Of a DNA stretch of 64,000 bases, positions 39,310-59,078 are shown piece by piece. Under the pieces are notes generated by a model. That model searched no databases, was not told where the DNA came from, and saw only the letters and a list, made by a program, of their open reading frames with translations. The position numbers were made by a program, and so were the translations under genes. Source of the stretch: Octopus vulgaris (lineage: Eukaryota). The stretch lies in NCBI GenBank assembly GCA_951406725.2, contig OX597829.1, positions 26,226,001 to 26,290,000 on the forward strand. Reading direction: 5' to 3'. Each line of letters begins with the position of its first letter. Within the stretch, counting starts at the first letter, position 1.

Positions 39310-40810
39310 CCATCATCATCATTTAATGTCCATTTTCTATGCCGACAAGGGTTGGATGGTTTGACTGAAAACTGGCAAGCTGGAGAGCTGCATCAGGATC
39401 CAGTCTGATATGGCATGGTTTCTACAACTTGATGCCCTTCCTAACACCAACCACTCCAAGAGTGTAGTGGGTGCTTTTTACATGCCTGTTTTGAAACACC
39501 AGCATTGGCCATGACTATGATCTCACTTGCCTTGACCGGTCTTCTCAAGCATGGTATACTGCCAACAGTCTGAGTCACTTGTCACTGCTTACGTGTGGCC
39601 TATAGTCGAAGGGTGCTTTTTATGTGACACAGGTGCCGATTATGTGACACTGGCATTGGCCATGAATATGATTTCACTTAGCTTGATGGGTTTTCTGAAG
39701 CACAGCATATTGCCCAATATCCAAAAGGTACTTTTTACATGCCACCGTCACAGATGCCAGTTACACAACACTGGGATCAGCCATGGCTATGATTTCACTT
39801 GGCTTGACGTGTCTTCTCAAGCATGGCATATCGCCAACAGTCTTGGTCACTTGTTATTGCCCCTGTGTGGCCCAACGTTTGAAGATCATGCTTTACCACA
39901 CCGTCCCACGTTTTCCTAGGTCTACATCTTCCACAAGCTCTCTCCACTATTAGAGGTTGGCACTTTTACCTGATGTCTCTTATATCCAACTTTTCCCTCA
40001 AGACGCTTACACTCTGTCGTGCATACATACTGACATTGCACATCCAGCAAAGTATACTAGCTTCATTTCTTTTAAGCTTTTACATGTCCTCAGCAGTCAC
40101 AGCCCATGTTTCACTGTGATGTCACATGGCTGTTCACACATAGGCATCATACAATCTGCCTTTAACTCTGAAGGAGAGGACCTTTGTTACCAACAGAGGT
40201 AGGTGCTCTCTGAACTTTGCCCAGCCTAATTCTTATTCTAGCAGCTATGCTCTTGGAGCATCCACCTCCACTACTGACTTGGTCACCTAGGTAATGGAAG
40301 CTATCAACTACTACAAGTTTTTCCCCCTGGCATTTTGATGGAGTCTATTTTCTGTACATTTTTAGTGTTAATTGTACCTGTGCACCTACACACAAACTAT
40401 TTTCCCCGTTAACCTTCCTCTGATATTGCTGCACCTCTTATGTGTCCATAGCTTACACTGGTTACATCTCATGGCGTTTCTACCTATGCCTTTTCTACAG
40501 ATTGAGCAGTGCCACATAACTGGTACCCATGCCAGTGGCATGTAAAAAGCACCTTTTAGTTCTGGGGCCTCACAGATGTAATGATGGGTGACCGAGACTG
40601 TTGGTAATATATCATGCTTGAAGGCATTTGTAATTTGTCTACCTTCCTACTTACTAAGACTTTGATTTTTGCTAGATTAACTCTAAGACCCTTTGATTCT
40701 AGCCTTATTTCCATACCTGAAATCTTGTCTAGTTCTAGTAGTGATTCAGCTATAAGAACAATGTCATCAGCATAAACGAGCTCCCAGGGGCAGCCCATCT
40801 TAAATTCTTC
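39310..40810 (-). mobile_element. RTE-type LINE fragments and 3' tail in a BAHD1 intron
   Basis: GCPWELVYADDIVL at about 40740-40810. Sequence is collinear with the 13960-15625 copy through the HKRC region to a (gat)n tail at about 39310. Confidence 0.85.
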
Positions 40811-40930
40811 TGTATGCATACATAGATATATATGTATATATATTTGCATATTTTGTTGGTAGAGAGTTACAAAGTCCAAAAATTTATTATTACATATCAT
40901 AATGAAGAAATGAAACATTAACTCACTTAC

Positions 40931-43900
40931 CATAATGACTGCAAGGAACAGAAAATTGCCCTCTTCCATAAGTCTGAGGATGATAAGGAACATTGGTGAA
41001 ATTTGTAATACTTCCAATCCCTGTTAAGGTGAATGCTTGGCACTGACTGTGAGTAGAATTATCCCTCCCAGCTCCCGTTGCTCCAAGCATACACGGAAGT
41101 GAAGAACAACTAGGGTGAGTAGTTTTTGTAGAATCTGTCGACGGAGTGGTTTTAGGATGCGATACGATGTTATTAACATTTGAAAATTTTGATGAGGATG
41201 ATGAAGATAGTGATGATGCTGAATTTGAATTCAAATTTTTGTTTTTTGTCGTCAATGTTGCTGTGTCGCATGTGGTGGTGCCACTACTACTGTTATTGCT
41301 ACTGCTGCTGCTGTTTTGCTTCTTTATTTGCATATCAACACTGCAGTCATCAGAGGGTGAGATATCACTGAGCACTCGCATGTCAACATCTCTAGAAATA
41401 TTATTATTATTATTGTTATTATTATTTTTTGTAGCGGCAGCCAATTTCTTGCTGTTGTTCTTCACACCACTGCAGATAGTGTTGCTATTAGTACCACTGG
41501 CCGAACAGACTATTTTTGTTGCATCGGCACTCACACCAAGCCCTGTCATTGAGCAGCTACTCAACATCTTCTGGCTCAATATATCCTCATCTTCATTACT
41601 TAAATCCTCACCGTCTGCCATATTATTCATCAAAATCATCCCAAGACCATTCACCCACCGACAGGATTGCCGTCTTGGATTAAATATGTAATGAGTTCTC
41701 GCAGAACGATGACTATCTTGGTTCAAGTCTCGTCTTGACTGCCGAGTTTCTTGGCAAAGATCCATTATTGCTTGAGCATTAAGACTAGCTATTCTCTTTG
41801 ACGCCTTAACTGGTAATGACTCACATTCTTTTGTTACTGCAAACTTCCTACACATCTGTGCTTTAAGATCAAGTCCTGTAGGTTTCTCAGTTAGTTTACT
41901 TGATTTTCGCACTGGTGCTTCTCTTGGCATTATATGTTTGCTACATGATTCTGTTTTAAGATCAAGTCTTGTGGCTTTCTCAGTTAATTTACTAGATTTT
42001 CGTAGTGGCTTTTCTCTCAACATGTGTTTCGTACATGGTTGCATTTTAAGATTATCACCAGCAATACTCTTACATTTATGTGCTTTATATGCTAGGGATC
42101 CCTCTGAAGATGAATGTTTTTTACACGACGATTGTAATTCACGGCTAAGGCTTGACGTTCTTGAAGACGTCTTACTTGGTTTATGTGATGGAGACCCTTT
42201 CATTAACAAAGATTTTCTGCAAGATTCTCTCTCAGCACTAACTCTTTTTGATCCTTTAAATGTACTTGATTTACCATGAGAAAGCTGTGACAATTCTTCC
42301 ATCACTAAGTGATGTTTACAAGACTGTACATCAGTACAAAGGCTTGCAGTTCTCAGAGATACTTTACTTGGTGTATGCAATAGTGACCCTTTTGTTAACA
42401 AAGATTTTCCACAAGTTTCTCTCTCAACACCAAGGTTTTTTGACCCCTTACATTCACCATGATGCTGCAGTGATTCTTCCATCATAAAATGACTTTCACA
42501 ACACTCTGTAGCATCAAAACAAGCAATTTCTTTTGGAAATTTACATTCAATTGGTTTCTTTGGTACTGATTTTCTCATGCTCATCACCGGGTGTTTTTTT
42601 TTGTCACAACTTTGTCTATCAAAAGCTGCAACGTTTTTCCTAGCTAACTGAATTTTCCCTGCTTTTCTTTCTAACAGCGATTTTGCAACCGCTGGACAAT
42701 TATCACAAGTTTGTCCATCAAAACTAGCAATATTTGCAGATAGTTTTGCGTCTGGAGAAGGCATACATGCTGGTATAGATTTTAAAATCACCACACTTTT
42801 ATCACAAGGTTGTCCGTCAAAACTAGTAATGTCTGCAGATAGTTTTGCTTCTGAAGAAGATTTATGTGCTGGCATTGCTTTTAAAATACCCACACTTTTA
42901 TCACAAGTTTGTCCAGCAAAACTAGCAATGTTTCCGGACCGTTTTGCTTCTGGAGAAGGTAAACATGCTGGTACTGATTTTAAAATCACTGCACTTTTAT
43001 CACAAGTTTGTCCAGCAAAACTAGCAATTTTTTCAGATATTTTGAATTCTCCTGATCTCTCTGGCATCAAAGTTGTCATCACTGCATTTTTATCACAGAT
43101 TTCTCCATCAAAACTAGTGATTTTATTGGATATTTTAAATCCATCTGATCTCTCTGGCATCAAATTAGTCATTACCGCATTTTTATCAAAAATTTCTCCA
43201 TCAAAACTAGCAATTTTTTGAGATATTTTAAATTTGTCCGATCCCTCTGGCATTGCTTTTGAAATCAACGGAGGTTTTCCACAAATTTCTCCTTCAAAAC
43301 TAGCAAATTTCTCAGCTGTTTTATATTCACCTATTCTTGATGATGAACTTGCCACCACTGTGTCTTTTCCACAAATTTCTCCTTCAAAACTAGTGAGTTT
43401 CTCAGATACTTTACACTCATCCTTTCTCTTTGACATCAAGTTTGTAATCATTGCATTTTTTTCACATATTTTGGAGTCAAAATCAGTGATTTTCGCAGAC
43501 GCTTTTCCAGGCACCAAATTTGAGACCCCTGCATTTTTTTCCCAATCTTGTCCATGAAAATCACTAATATTTTTGGAGGTTTTCCCAGACATCAAATTTG
43601 AAATTCCTGTGGTGCATTTTTCCCAATCTTCTCCATGAAACCTACCAGAGATATTCTCATTTGTTTTCCCAGATGCCAAATTTGAAATCCTAACATCTTT
43701 TTCCCAAGTTTGTCCACTGAAACCTGTAACTTTCTCTGATCTTTTCCCAGATACCAAATTTGAAATCCCTGTAGTGCATTTTTCCCAGTTGTCTCCATCA
43801 AAACCAGCAACATTTTCAAATATTTTTCCAGACACCAAATTTGAAACCACTGCATCTTTTCCCCAAATTTGTCCATGGAATCCACCAATGTTTTCAGGGG

Positions 43901-46900
43901 TTTTCCCAGACATTAAATTTGAAATCCCTGCAGTACGTTTTTCCCAGTTTTCTCCATGAAAACCAGCAATGTTCTCAAATGTTTTCCCAGACACTGAATT
44001 TGAAACTCTTGCATCTTTTTCCCAATTCTGTCCATGAAAACCAGCAACTTTTTGTGACCTTTTTCTGGGCACAAATTTTGCAATCTTTGTGTCGTGCTTT
44101 TCCCAATTTTTTCCATGAAAATCAGCACCTTTACCAGACAAATTACATTTATCTGATCTCTCTGTCACTCGTTTTGCCATCACTGGATGATTTCCACAAG
44201 TTTCTTCATTAAAACCAGCACTTTTCTCAGTCAATTTACACTTATCCGATCTTTCCACCATTCCTTTTGCTATCATCGTATGTTTTCCCCAAGTTTTTCC
44301 TTGTAAACTACCAATTCTTGACAACTTTAATTTATTCAGTTCCTTTGGTGTGATTGTTCTCTTTGTTGTCATTGAACAAGTTTCATAAGTTGGAATATTT
44401 AAATCAGCAAGGCTTTTTGGAACTTTGCGTAATGAATTTTCCATCATAGGCGAATGCTTCTGACAATTAGCTTCATAGCAAATATACTGTTCCTCATTGG
44501 AGCAATACAATTCTTTCGCACAAACACCACCAAGCTTGTTATTATCAATACTATTAATATTATTATTACTTACAAAAGTATTTTTCATATTACTACCACC
44601 ACCATCGTTACTACTACTATTACTACTACTACTACTACAATAATAATATTTGTTACTACACAGCCCAAATGAAGTAGTAGTTGTTGCACCAGCAGTACTA
44701 GAAGGAAAACGGCTGCTTCCAATACTATCTAAAGGTGGTGTGTACTTATAACATCTTTTTTTGGGATGTACATCTACAACTTCAGTTGCTGATCGTTTAG
44801 TAGGATATATTAATTTATTGTCATCATCTCCAATAATAATTAAATTTGGATAATTAGCATGTGTATCTTTAGCTGATGTCAATGCTGGTGTTGATACTGC
44901 ATCAGCAGTACTAGCGCCATCTAATCTTTCATTTGATTTGAGAGCTTGTAAATTTGTAAAATGTAGTGATTTTGCAGTAGATTTTCCTGGATTTTTTTTA
45001 TTATTAGTAGTATTACTAATGCTGTCATTTCTGTTAGAATTTAAACTTTGATAACAATTTGAGCGAGAAAACTCATTAGCTAACAAAGATGATGATGATG
45101 ATGATGAACCAGACGAAACAGCAACGGCAACACCAAAACCAAACTTTTTGCTTTGCTTGTTCGTTAATGTTAATTTTTCAAATTTGAAATCATTAACAGA
45201 TTTACACTGTTTGCTACTATCATTACCATCATCATTGTCGTCATGCTTGTGCTGGTGGTCATGGCGGTTGTCATTACCGAGTGTTGTTTCTCCAAATTTA
45301 AAATTAGATATCAGATTTTGACGATAATCAGGGCTAGCAGATATATCTTCATCTCCTACAACATCAATCACATCAGAGCCATCTATTGTTTCATCAATTC
45401 CATCATCATTGGGCAATTTCAAAGATTTAATGTTTTTTAAATTTTCACAATCTGCATGTGAGTCGTTAGTGGAAATGTCAATATTAGTTAATCGCTTGTT
45501 AATTAATTCCTCATTAGCATTAGTGAATTTTTCTTGTATAACATTACAACTCATTGCTCGGCATTGATAATTGTCTTTTACATTGAAATTCAAATACTTC
45601 GCAGCAGGGTTATCATCCGGAACAGTGACAACATCTAGATCTTCATCAATTGCTTCGTTATGCTCCAGTTTTTTAAGAGTTCGCTGCTTTTTACTACTCT
45701 CTGCTGGATTCTGATTTCGGAATAAATTTTGGGGATTTTCCAAAGGAGATAGATGCGGGTGTTGGTTAAGATGGTGATGATGGCGGTGATGATGCTGACG
45801 CTGGTGACAACACTGCATCAGAGTCACTGAGTTTTCTAAAGCTGCACTGCAATTTTTTTCATGTGAAGGCAGCGTTGATGTTGGTGCCAGTAGAGGCGAT
45901 GGAGCATCGTTAGCTTGAACAAAACGACACGCATTCACAACTGCTATGCCATCATTGTTTGGATTTCGTTCCCCTTCCATGTTTTTATTTTCACAGCCGA
46001 CATGATAACCACCCATACCTGAACTGAAATGATGACAAATGATACAGTTTTTGTGACACTGCGTCCCACTACTGTCTGCCTCACAGCCAACTCGATATTT
46101 TTCTAATCCTGCTCTTAAATGACAAGACAATATGTCATTTCCTTGGTATATTCCGTCATTCATGTTTATTTTACAATTTGTCTCATCGCATTCATATTCA
46201 TTTAACCGCATATCTGCTCCAAGATGACATGTGATGCAGTCTTTTGCACATTGACCATGATTCATAATTGCTTTATTCATATTTGCATCATGCTGCAGCT
46301 CTTCATTTGCCTTTTCACACCTGGTTTCAAACTCTTTCAATCGAACACCTGCTTGTAAACGGCAAGTATAACAACTCCTGCGACAAGTTGATGATAACGA
46401 AGTTTGAAACTTTAACTTACGATTCTCCGATAGTGGTATTGATATTGAGGAAGTTGTCTTAGCATTACTAGGAATGAGTTTAGAAGGCGATAGATATTCA
46501 TTCCTGTGTTTTTTCATTGCTGGAATTGTTTTAATATTACTTGCACCAACATAATATTCTTGTGCTGACATAAACCCTAAGTTGCGTTTTTTTGATGCTG
46601 AAACTGGGAGAGACGAAATCACATCAACACCTTTAGCATTGTCACTCTGCAGTAAATTTGATGAGGAGGAGTCTAATTCATGAATATTACACTCTTTCAA
46701 TTTTCGATTCAGCACAGGTTTAACAAGATTTTCAGTCTGAGAAAATTTTAAATGCTTTTTCCTTTCTCCCAATTCTTTACTCTTCTTCTTTCGCTGCTGC
46801 TGCTGCTGCTGTTGTTGTTGTTGTCTTCGAGTTGATCTAACTGTGTGACACTTTTTGAGCCTGGATTTTTTTGGTTCAAGTGACTTTTTGGCTATAGACA

Positions 46901-48023
46901 ATGAGGGTCCTTTGTGTTTCTTTGTTTTTGTTTTTAATTGTCTTTTACTTCTATTTGGAGAAGAAAATGAAGATGAGGATGAAGAAGAAGTATCATGTTG
47001 CTTCCTTCTTCCAGGTTTTCTCTTCTTCACTGTAATCATCTCTGCAACAGATTTGCATTGCCACAAAGAAGAGGAAGAACAAGAAGAACGCGAAGAAGAA
47101 GAACGAGGTGAGGGAGTTAAAGAATTTGCAGGAGAACTAATTGTTGCTAAGCTGCTGTCTCGTTTCAGACGCAAACCTCGTGCATTTTTAGTTTTATTTA
47201 CAATTTTATGTTTGTTCTTCTTCATCTGTCTATATGTTCTAGATCCAAGTGCATGTGTTTGTGTTGTCTGCTTGCTACCACCACTATGTGAAGAACAAAA
47301 TGCTGAAGACGGTGATGATAAAACAGTTGATGAAGGAGACTGTAAACTTTCATTATATATCAAATTCACTTTTGCAGCAGCGTTTAAACTTGCTTCACGC
47401 TTCAAACGTATTAGACACACGGAGAGTTTTTTACCTTTGTTTAACCGCAATAAGTTATCGACATTTGATTTTGAAATAGTTTTTTTGGTTCTTAATGAAG
47501 AAGTTCGTTTTGATGATAGCATGGAGGATGAAGGCAATGATGCCGACTTTTTGGGACGGCCTTTTCCTGTTTGCTTTTTTATCTGTACCTCACTCCTCTG
47601 ATTTTTCATCTTTAAGGCATCGTTTTTCAACTGCAATCTCTTCAAATTTTTTCTTTTCTTCACACCATGTTGCAACTCTGATGATAGTAATGTATTACTC
47701 TTGTGATTAACACTACGGAGATATTTTTTGGTCTTGGTACTATCATTGATGACAGGGGTGGTGCTGCTGGTGGCACTGATGTCTTCTCTTCCTTTGTCAT
47801 TTTCTCGGACGGATGACATAGAAGGCGTGGAAACATTGCCATGGTTTTTGTCTCTGGCTGTTTCCGATTTCTTTTCGCGTAGTTCTGCAGCACGGACAAA
47901 TGCTTCGTAGAGTGGAACAGATTCATCATATGTAACCACGCGAGACACAGCACGCCTTCGGCCAATTGTGTGCTTTCTTTTGTAATCCGATTTCTCGCAG
48001 GAATATTTCCGTGTTTCATTAAC
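40931..48023 (-). CDS. BAHD1: BAHD1-like gene, giant coding exon (7,093 nt, 2,364 codons + 1 nt); low-complexity basic N-terminal region with tandem repeats
   Basis: Covers ORF 40923..47948, which stays open upstream to a poly-T/AG acceptor (tttttttaag|GTT at 48024/48023). It ends CAT TAT G|gtaagt at 40931 (phase 1), matching the next exon. Contains KREASLNAAAKV and KRIASLNAQAIM, like the two RLASLNA motifs I recall from vertebrate BAHD1. The start codon or upstream exon was not identified. Confidence 0.85.
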
Positions 48024-48289
48024 CTTAAAAAAAAAAAAAAAAGCAAAATATTTAATTAATAAAAAAATTGTTTTTAAATAAAACTATCTTTAAATAATTT
48101 TCATGTTCCTTAGGGTTAACAATCTAATTAATACAATTTAAAAAAAAAATAACTTGTTTAAATTTTATAAACTTTAAATTGATCAATACAAAAATCTTTT
48201 TAAAATAATATTTCTTTTACTTGTTTCAGTCATTGGACTACAGCCATGCAGTGGCGCTGCGTTGAAAGTTATGTTGAACAAATCAACCC

Positions 48290-52057
<3,768 letters not shown>

Positions 52058-52149
52058 GCAAGGCAAATAGATAAATGCTTATAATTGCAAAGCAATTAAT
52101 TCATTTATTGTATTAGATGAGCGAAGGTAAAATATTTTACCTCAAATTC

Positions 52150-52759
52150 ATAATACAAATAAGAAAATGGAGGAACAGATTCATTTCAATCATTGACTTT
52201 CAGATATTACCAATTCATATTATTTATTAGCTACATAAATAGGAACATCCAAATTCAACAAAATAAAACAATATACATCAATAAGATAATACCATAAAAA
52301 TAATACACACAAAATAGATCTTACAGCTGTTTCAGCCTATAGATAAAGGTATCTCATTCTGTCTATATTAGTCAGATGTATTGAGGTAATATGTAGTTAA
52401 AAATGAGTTACTTATATATATATATATATATATATATATCTCAAGGCCTCGTCAGAGATTATAAAGTACAATTATATAAATATAAAAATGCAAATATAAA
52501 TATGAAACAAAATACACATACACAAGAATATATATATAAATATATATATATATATACATAAGTGTATATACATATATATATATATATACATATATATAAG
52601 TATATATATAATAATATACATATACATAAGGTGTATATTGTTTTATTTTGTTGGATTTGTATGTTCCTATTTAAGTAGTTAATAAATAATATGAATTGGT
52701 AATATTTGTAAGTCGATGATTGAAATGAATCTGTTCCTCCATTTTCTTATTTGTATTAT
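52150..52759. repeat. Inverted repeat (~128-bp arms) enclosing a hammerhead motif; Penelope-like pLTR remnant
   Basis: Arm 52150-52278 (ataatacaaataagaaaatggaggaacagattc...) is the reverse complement of 52631-52759. Confidence 0.85.
52318..52459 (-). ncRNA. Hammerhead ribozyme-like motif (type I, Penelope-pLTR style, intact core)
   Basis: Minus strand reads atct CTGACGA ggcct-(~100 nt including (TA)n)-aggct GAAA cagctg TA agat. Stem I atct/agat, stem II ggcct/aggct, palindromic stem III ACAGCTGT, GUA triplet. Confidence 0.65.
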
Positions 52760-52931
52760 ATACATATATATATTTACATATATATATATATATATACATA
52801 TATATATGCCTACATATATGAGGATGATGATATACATACATATATACATACAAACATATATATATACACACATACATATATACATCATAGCTGCACACTT
52901 GTAACATGAGAAAAACCATTGCCAAGAAGAC

Positions 52932-55900
52932 TTACTGAAATGATTCATTACTGTTGCCATGTGATGCCCTTATATGACTTTTCAGCCCAGCCAAGCTTTT
53001 ACACATTTTATTACATACTAGACAACTGTGCTGGCTGGCAGGAGAAACAAGTTCCATCATATGCACTCTCTTGATGTGTCTTTTTAGGTCTCCAACCGAG
53101 AGGGACACCCTTCCACATTTTACACATGTTCTGTTGTGAAGTTTAATAGCTACATCATTGTTTATCATGGGTCGATTTCTGTGAGATTTTTGATAGCTCA
53201 CCAGGCCTCCCACAAAACCCCACACATAAAAAGCAACACTGTCTCACTTTCCACAGGTCCCACCTCCTAAGCCCCCTCCTAATTCTCTCATACTTCACTC
53301 TCTCCCTCTCAAACCTCGAACAACCATCATGCACTATCTTCCTCCAGCCATCACAGTCTTGTGCCACCCTCTCCCAATTACCAGTTGCAATTCCTGTTTG
53401 TATTAGAGCATTTTAAGGCAATCTTTAAACCTTAGTTTAGGCTTATGCGCTGCTCTCCTACCATCTTCCAGCTCACCATACAATAGCTGCTTGGGCAGTT
53501 GCTCATCACTCACCCTTACCAAATGTCCTCCCCACCTCAAACATCTTTGCAAAAGCACCTCCACATTATTAATGACCATTTTCCAGTTTATCCCCCAAAC
53601 TTTTCTCAGACAGTATTGATGATATCGTTCCAATTGCCTTACCTGCCTATGGTAAACAACCCATGCCTCACTTCCATATAGTAAAGATGGGAGGACGCAC
53701 GTGTTATATACCTTTATATAACTTTAATTTGTGAAGATATATTATCCTGTTTCCACAGACACCTATCAAGCCTACCAAAAGCACTACTAGCCCTGCTTAT
53801 TCTGTATGAAATTTCATGAAGACCAGCAGTGCTCAAGGTACTTCCTAAATAAATAAATCTAGGCACAGTTATAAAAGGTTCCACATACATCTTGGAGGGA
53901 GCAGGCTGGTACATTATAACAGTTTTTTTAGATTGATTGTTAGATCCAATGCTGCACAAATCACATTCACCATGTGCTGCATATCTTTCTGAGAATATGC
54001 CAACAGATCACAATCATCTGCATACAGAAACTGAACAAGGTGAGAATGCAGAACTTTTGTTTTAGCACAGTCTTTTGAGATTAAACTGTTTTCCTGTTGT
54101 TCTATATCTTTTATAGACCCCTTTAGGGCAATCTTCAAAAGCTATTTGAAAGACTTATTGCAAAATATATAGCAAACAGTGTAGGAACAGGAATATCACC
54201 TTGTTTTACACCATTTTCTACAGAAATTGGATCTGATAAGGTACCTCCAACATTAACTCTCACTTACATCTTGTCATAAAATTGTCTAAGCATTCTCACA
54301 AATTTTTCAGAGCATCTTAGCTTTTTCAGGACCTCCCAAAGTGCAATTCTATTGATAGAATCAAACACTTTTGTTACATCAATGAAAACCTTGTATAAGT
54401 CCATATCCTATTTGATGCACTTCTCTTGCAACTCTCTGGCTGAAAATATCATATCCATAGTACTCCTACTATCCCTAAACCCACATTGTGATTCTGGTAG
54501 AACCCCATCAACAATGTGCAGAAGCAATCTATCCAGCATTACCCTACAGAGGACCTTTCCAGCAACAGCTAACAGACAGATGCCGTGATAATTATTACAG
54601 ACATCCTTTCCACCTTTAGATTTATATAGCATCTCCATAGTTGCATCACAACAATCCGGAACCTCTTCCCTTTGCCAAACCCTCTGAATCACATCCATCA
54701 ATATTGCACAAAGATGATCACCATATATATCTCTGCACCTAGTCCATCCATATCAGGGGCCTTTCCATTGTTCAATTTCCTGATTGCTGCTTTTATTTCA
54801 GCCAGGTTTGGAACTTCTGCTATGAGATGTTTTATTGGTCTCTCAGGTATATTATCAAGAAAAGAGAGGTCAGCTTCAGTGGGTCTACTGAGCAACTCAT
54901 CAAAATGTTCTTTCCCTCTTCCAACAATATCTTTAGGATTTGTTAGTAATTCTGTGCCATCCTTGCTTCGAAGTGATGAGTAAGAAAGTTTGGAATTGTT
55001 AGCATTTGAGGCTACTTGGATTTCATTGCATCTACCACTCCACCAATTTTCCTGCATCATCCGTAGCTTCTTCTGCACTGTTGCTTTTACTGCTTTGAAA
55101 TATGTAGCCACTGTCCTGTTCATTGACATGTCAACATGTTGAAACTTGTTAAATGCCTTTCACTTCTCTAAGATAAGATTAACTTCTTCTTCATTATCAT
55201 CAAACCAATCTTGGTGTTTTTTTTTTACAACAAAGCTAAGAATGTTACTACAAATCTTGTATACTCTTTCTTTGAATGACTTCCACCTTCCATCACAGGA
55301 CAAATTGTTTATCTCATTCACAAACTCATTGCGTACTGACGGAATCTTAAGTCTATTGACATCATTCCATTTAGGTAACTTGTCATTATTTGCTCTAACC
55401 TTAGGCTTGACAAAAAAATTCACCTTGGTACGCAAAAGCCTATGGTCAGTCCAGTACTCTGCACCACGCATCACTCGTACAATAGCAAAGTCCCTAGTAT
55501 CTCGTTTTCCTGGTGAGGACGTAATTTATAAGATGCTATTTCTTAGAACCAGGGTGCATCCAAGTCATTTACTACTTATTCTTTAGTTGAAACATTTTAT
55601 TCATGACACAAAAATCCATCTCTACGTACATTTGTAACTGCAGTAAACCATTACTGTTGGAACTCCCAACCCCATGTTTTCCTAAGATACCCTAAGTCTC
55701 CGAATCTGGATCAACACGAGCATTAAAATCACCTAAAATGACAACTTTGTCATCATTGGGGATACTGCAAATAATCTCTGTAAGTAATAGATAGAAGGCA
55801 AGTTTATCATCCTCTGATGAATTCATAGTTGGAGCATATGCACTTATGAGTGTTGTATAGCGACCTTTTCTTAATTGAAGTCTTAAAGACATCAAACGAT

Positions 55901-56140
55901 CCAAATGATCACATGGTAGTTCCTCAAGTTTTGAAACCAGTGTGGTTTTGATACCAAATCCCACTCCTGATTCTCTCTTATAGGTCTCCTCTCTACCACT
56001 CCAAAAGAAATGATACCCAGCAGATTTCTCTAAGAAATTCCCCTTTCCATGAATTCTTGTTTTGGCTAACGCTACAACATCCATATCATATCGCTGTAAC
56101 TCTTTTGCAACAAGTGCGGATCTCTCCGGATGAGATTTCA
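52932..56140 (-). mobile_element. Near full-ORF decayed RTE-clade LINE (APE endonuclease, reverse transcriptase, C-terminal C2H2 fingers)
   Basis: Collinear minus-strand ORF fragments: ERSALVAKELQRYDMDVVAL..SGVGF..YAPT..LGDFNARV (EN), TDHRLLR, LPESQCGFRDSRSTMDMIF, FLYADDCDL (RT), LRWGGHLVR, CVKC..HIKRVH and CLVC..HIRASH. Many stops and frameshifts. Confidence 0.92.
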
Positions 56141-56149
56141 GACAATCAT

Positions 56150-59078
<2,929 letters not shown>

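Noticed and set aside
52932-53225. Apparent standalone C2H2 zinc-finger gene
   Set aside because: It is collinear with, and the C-terminus of, the decayed RTE LINE.
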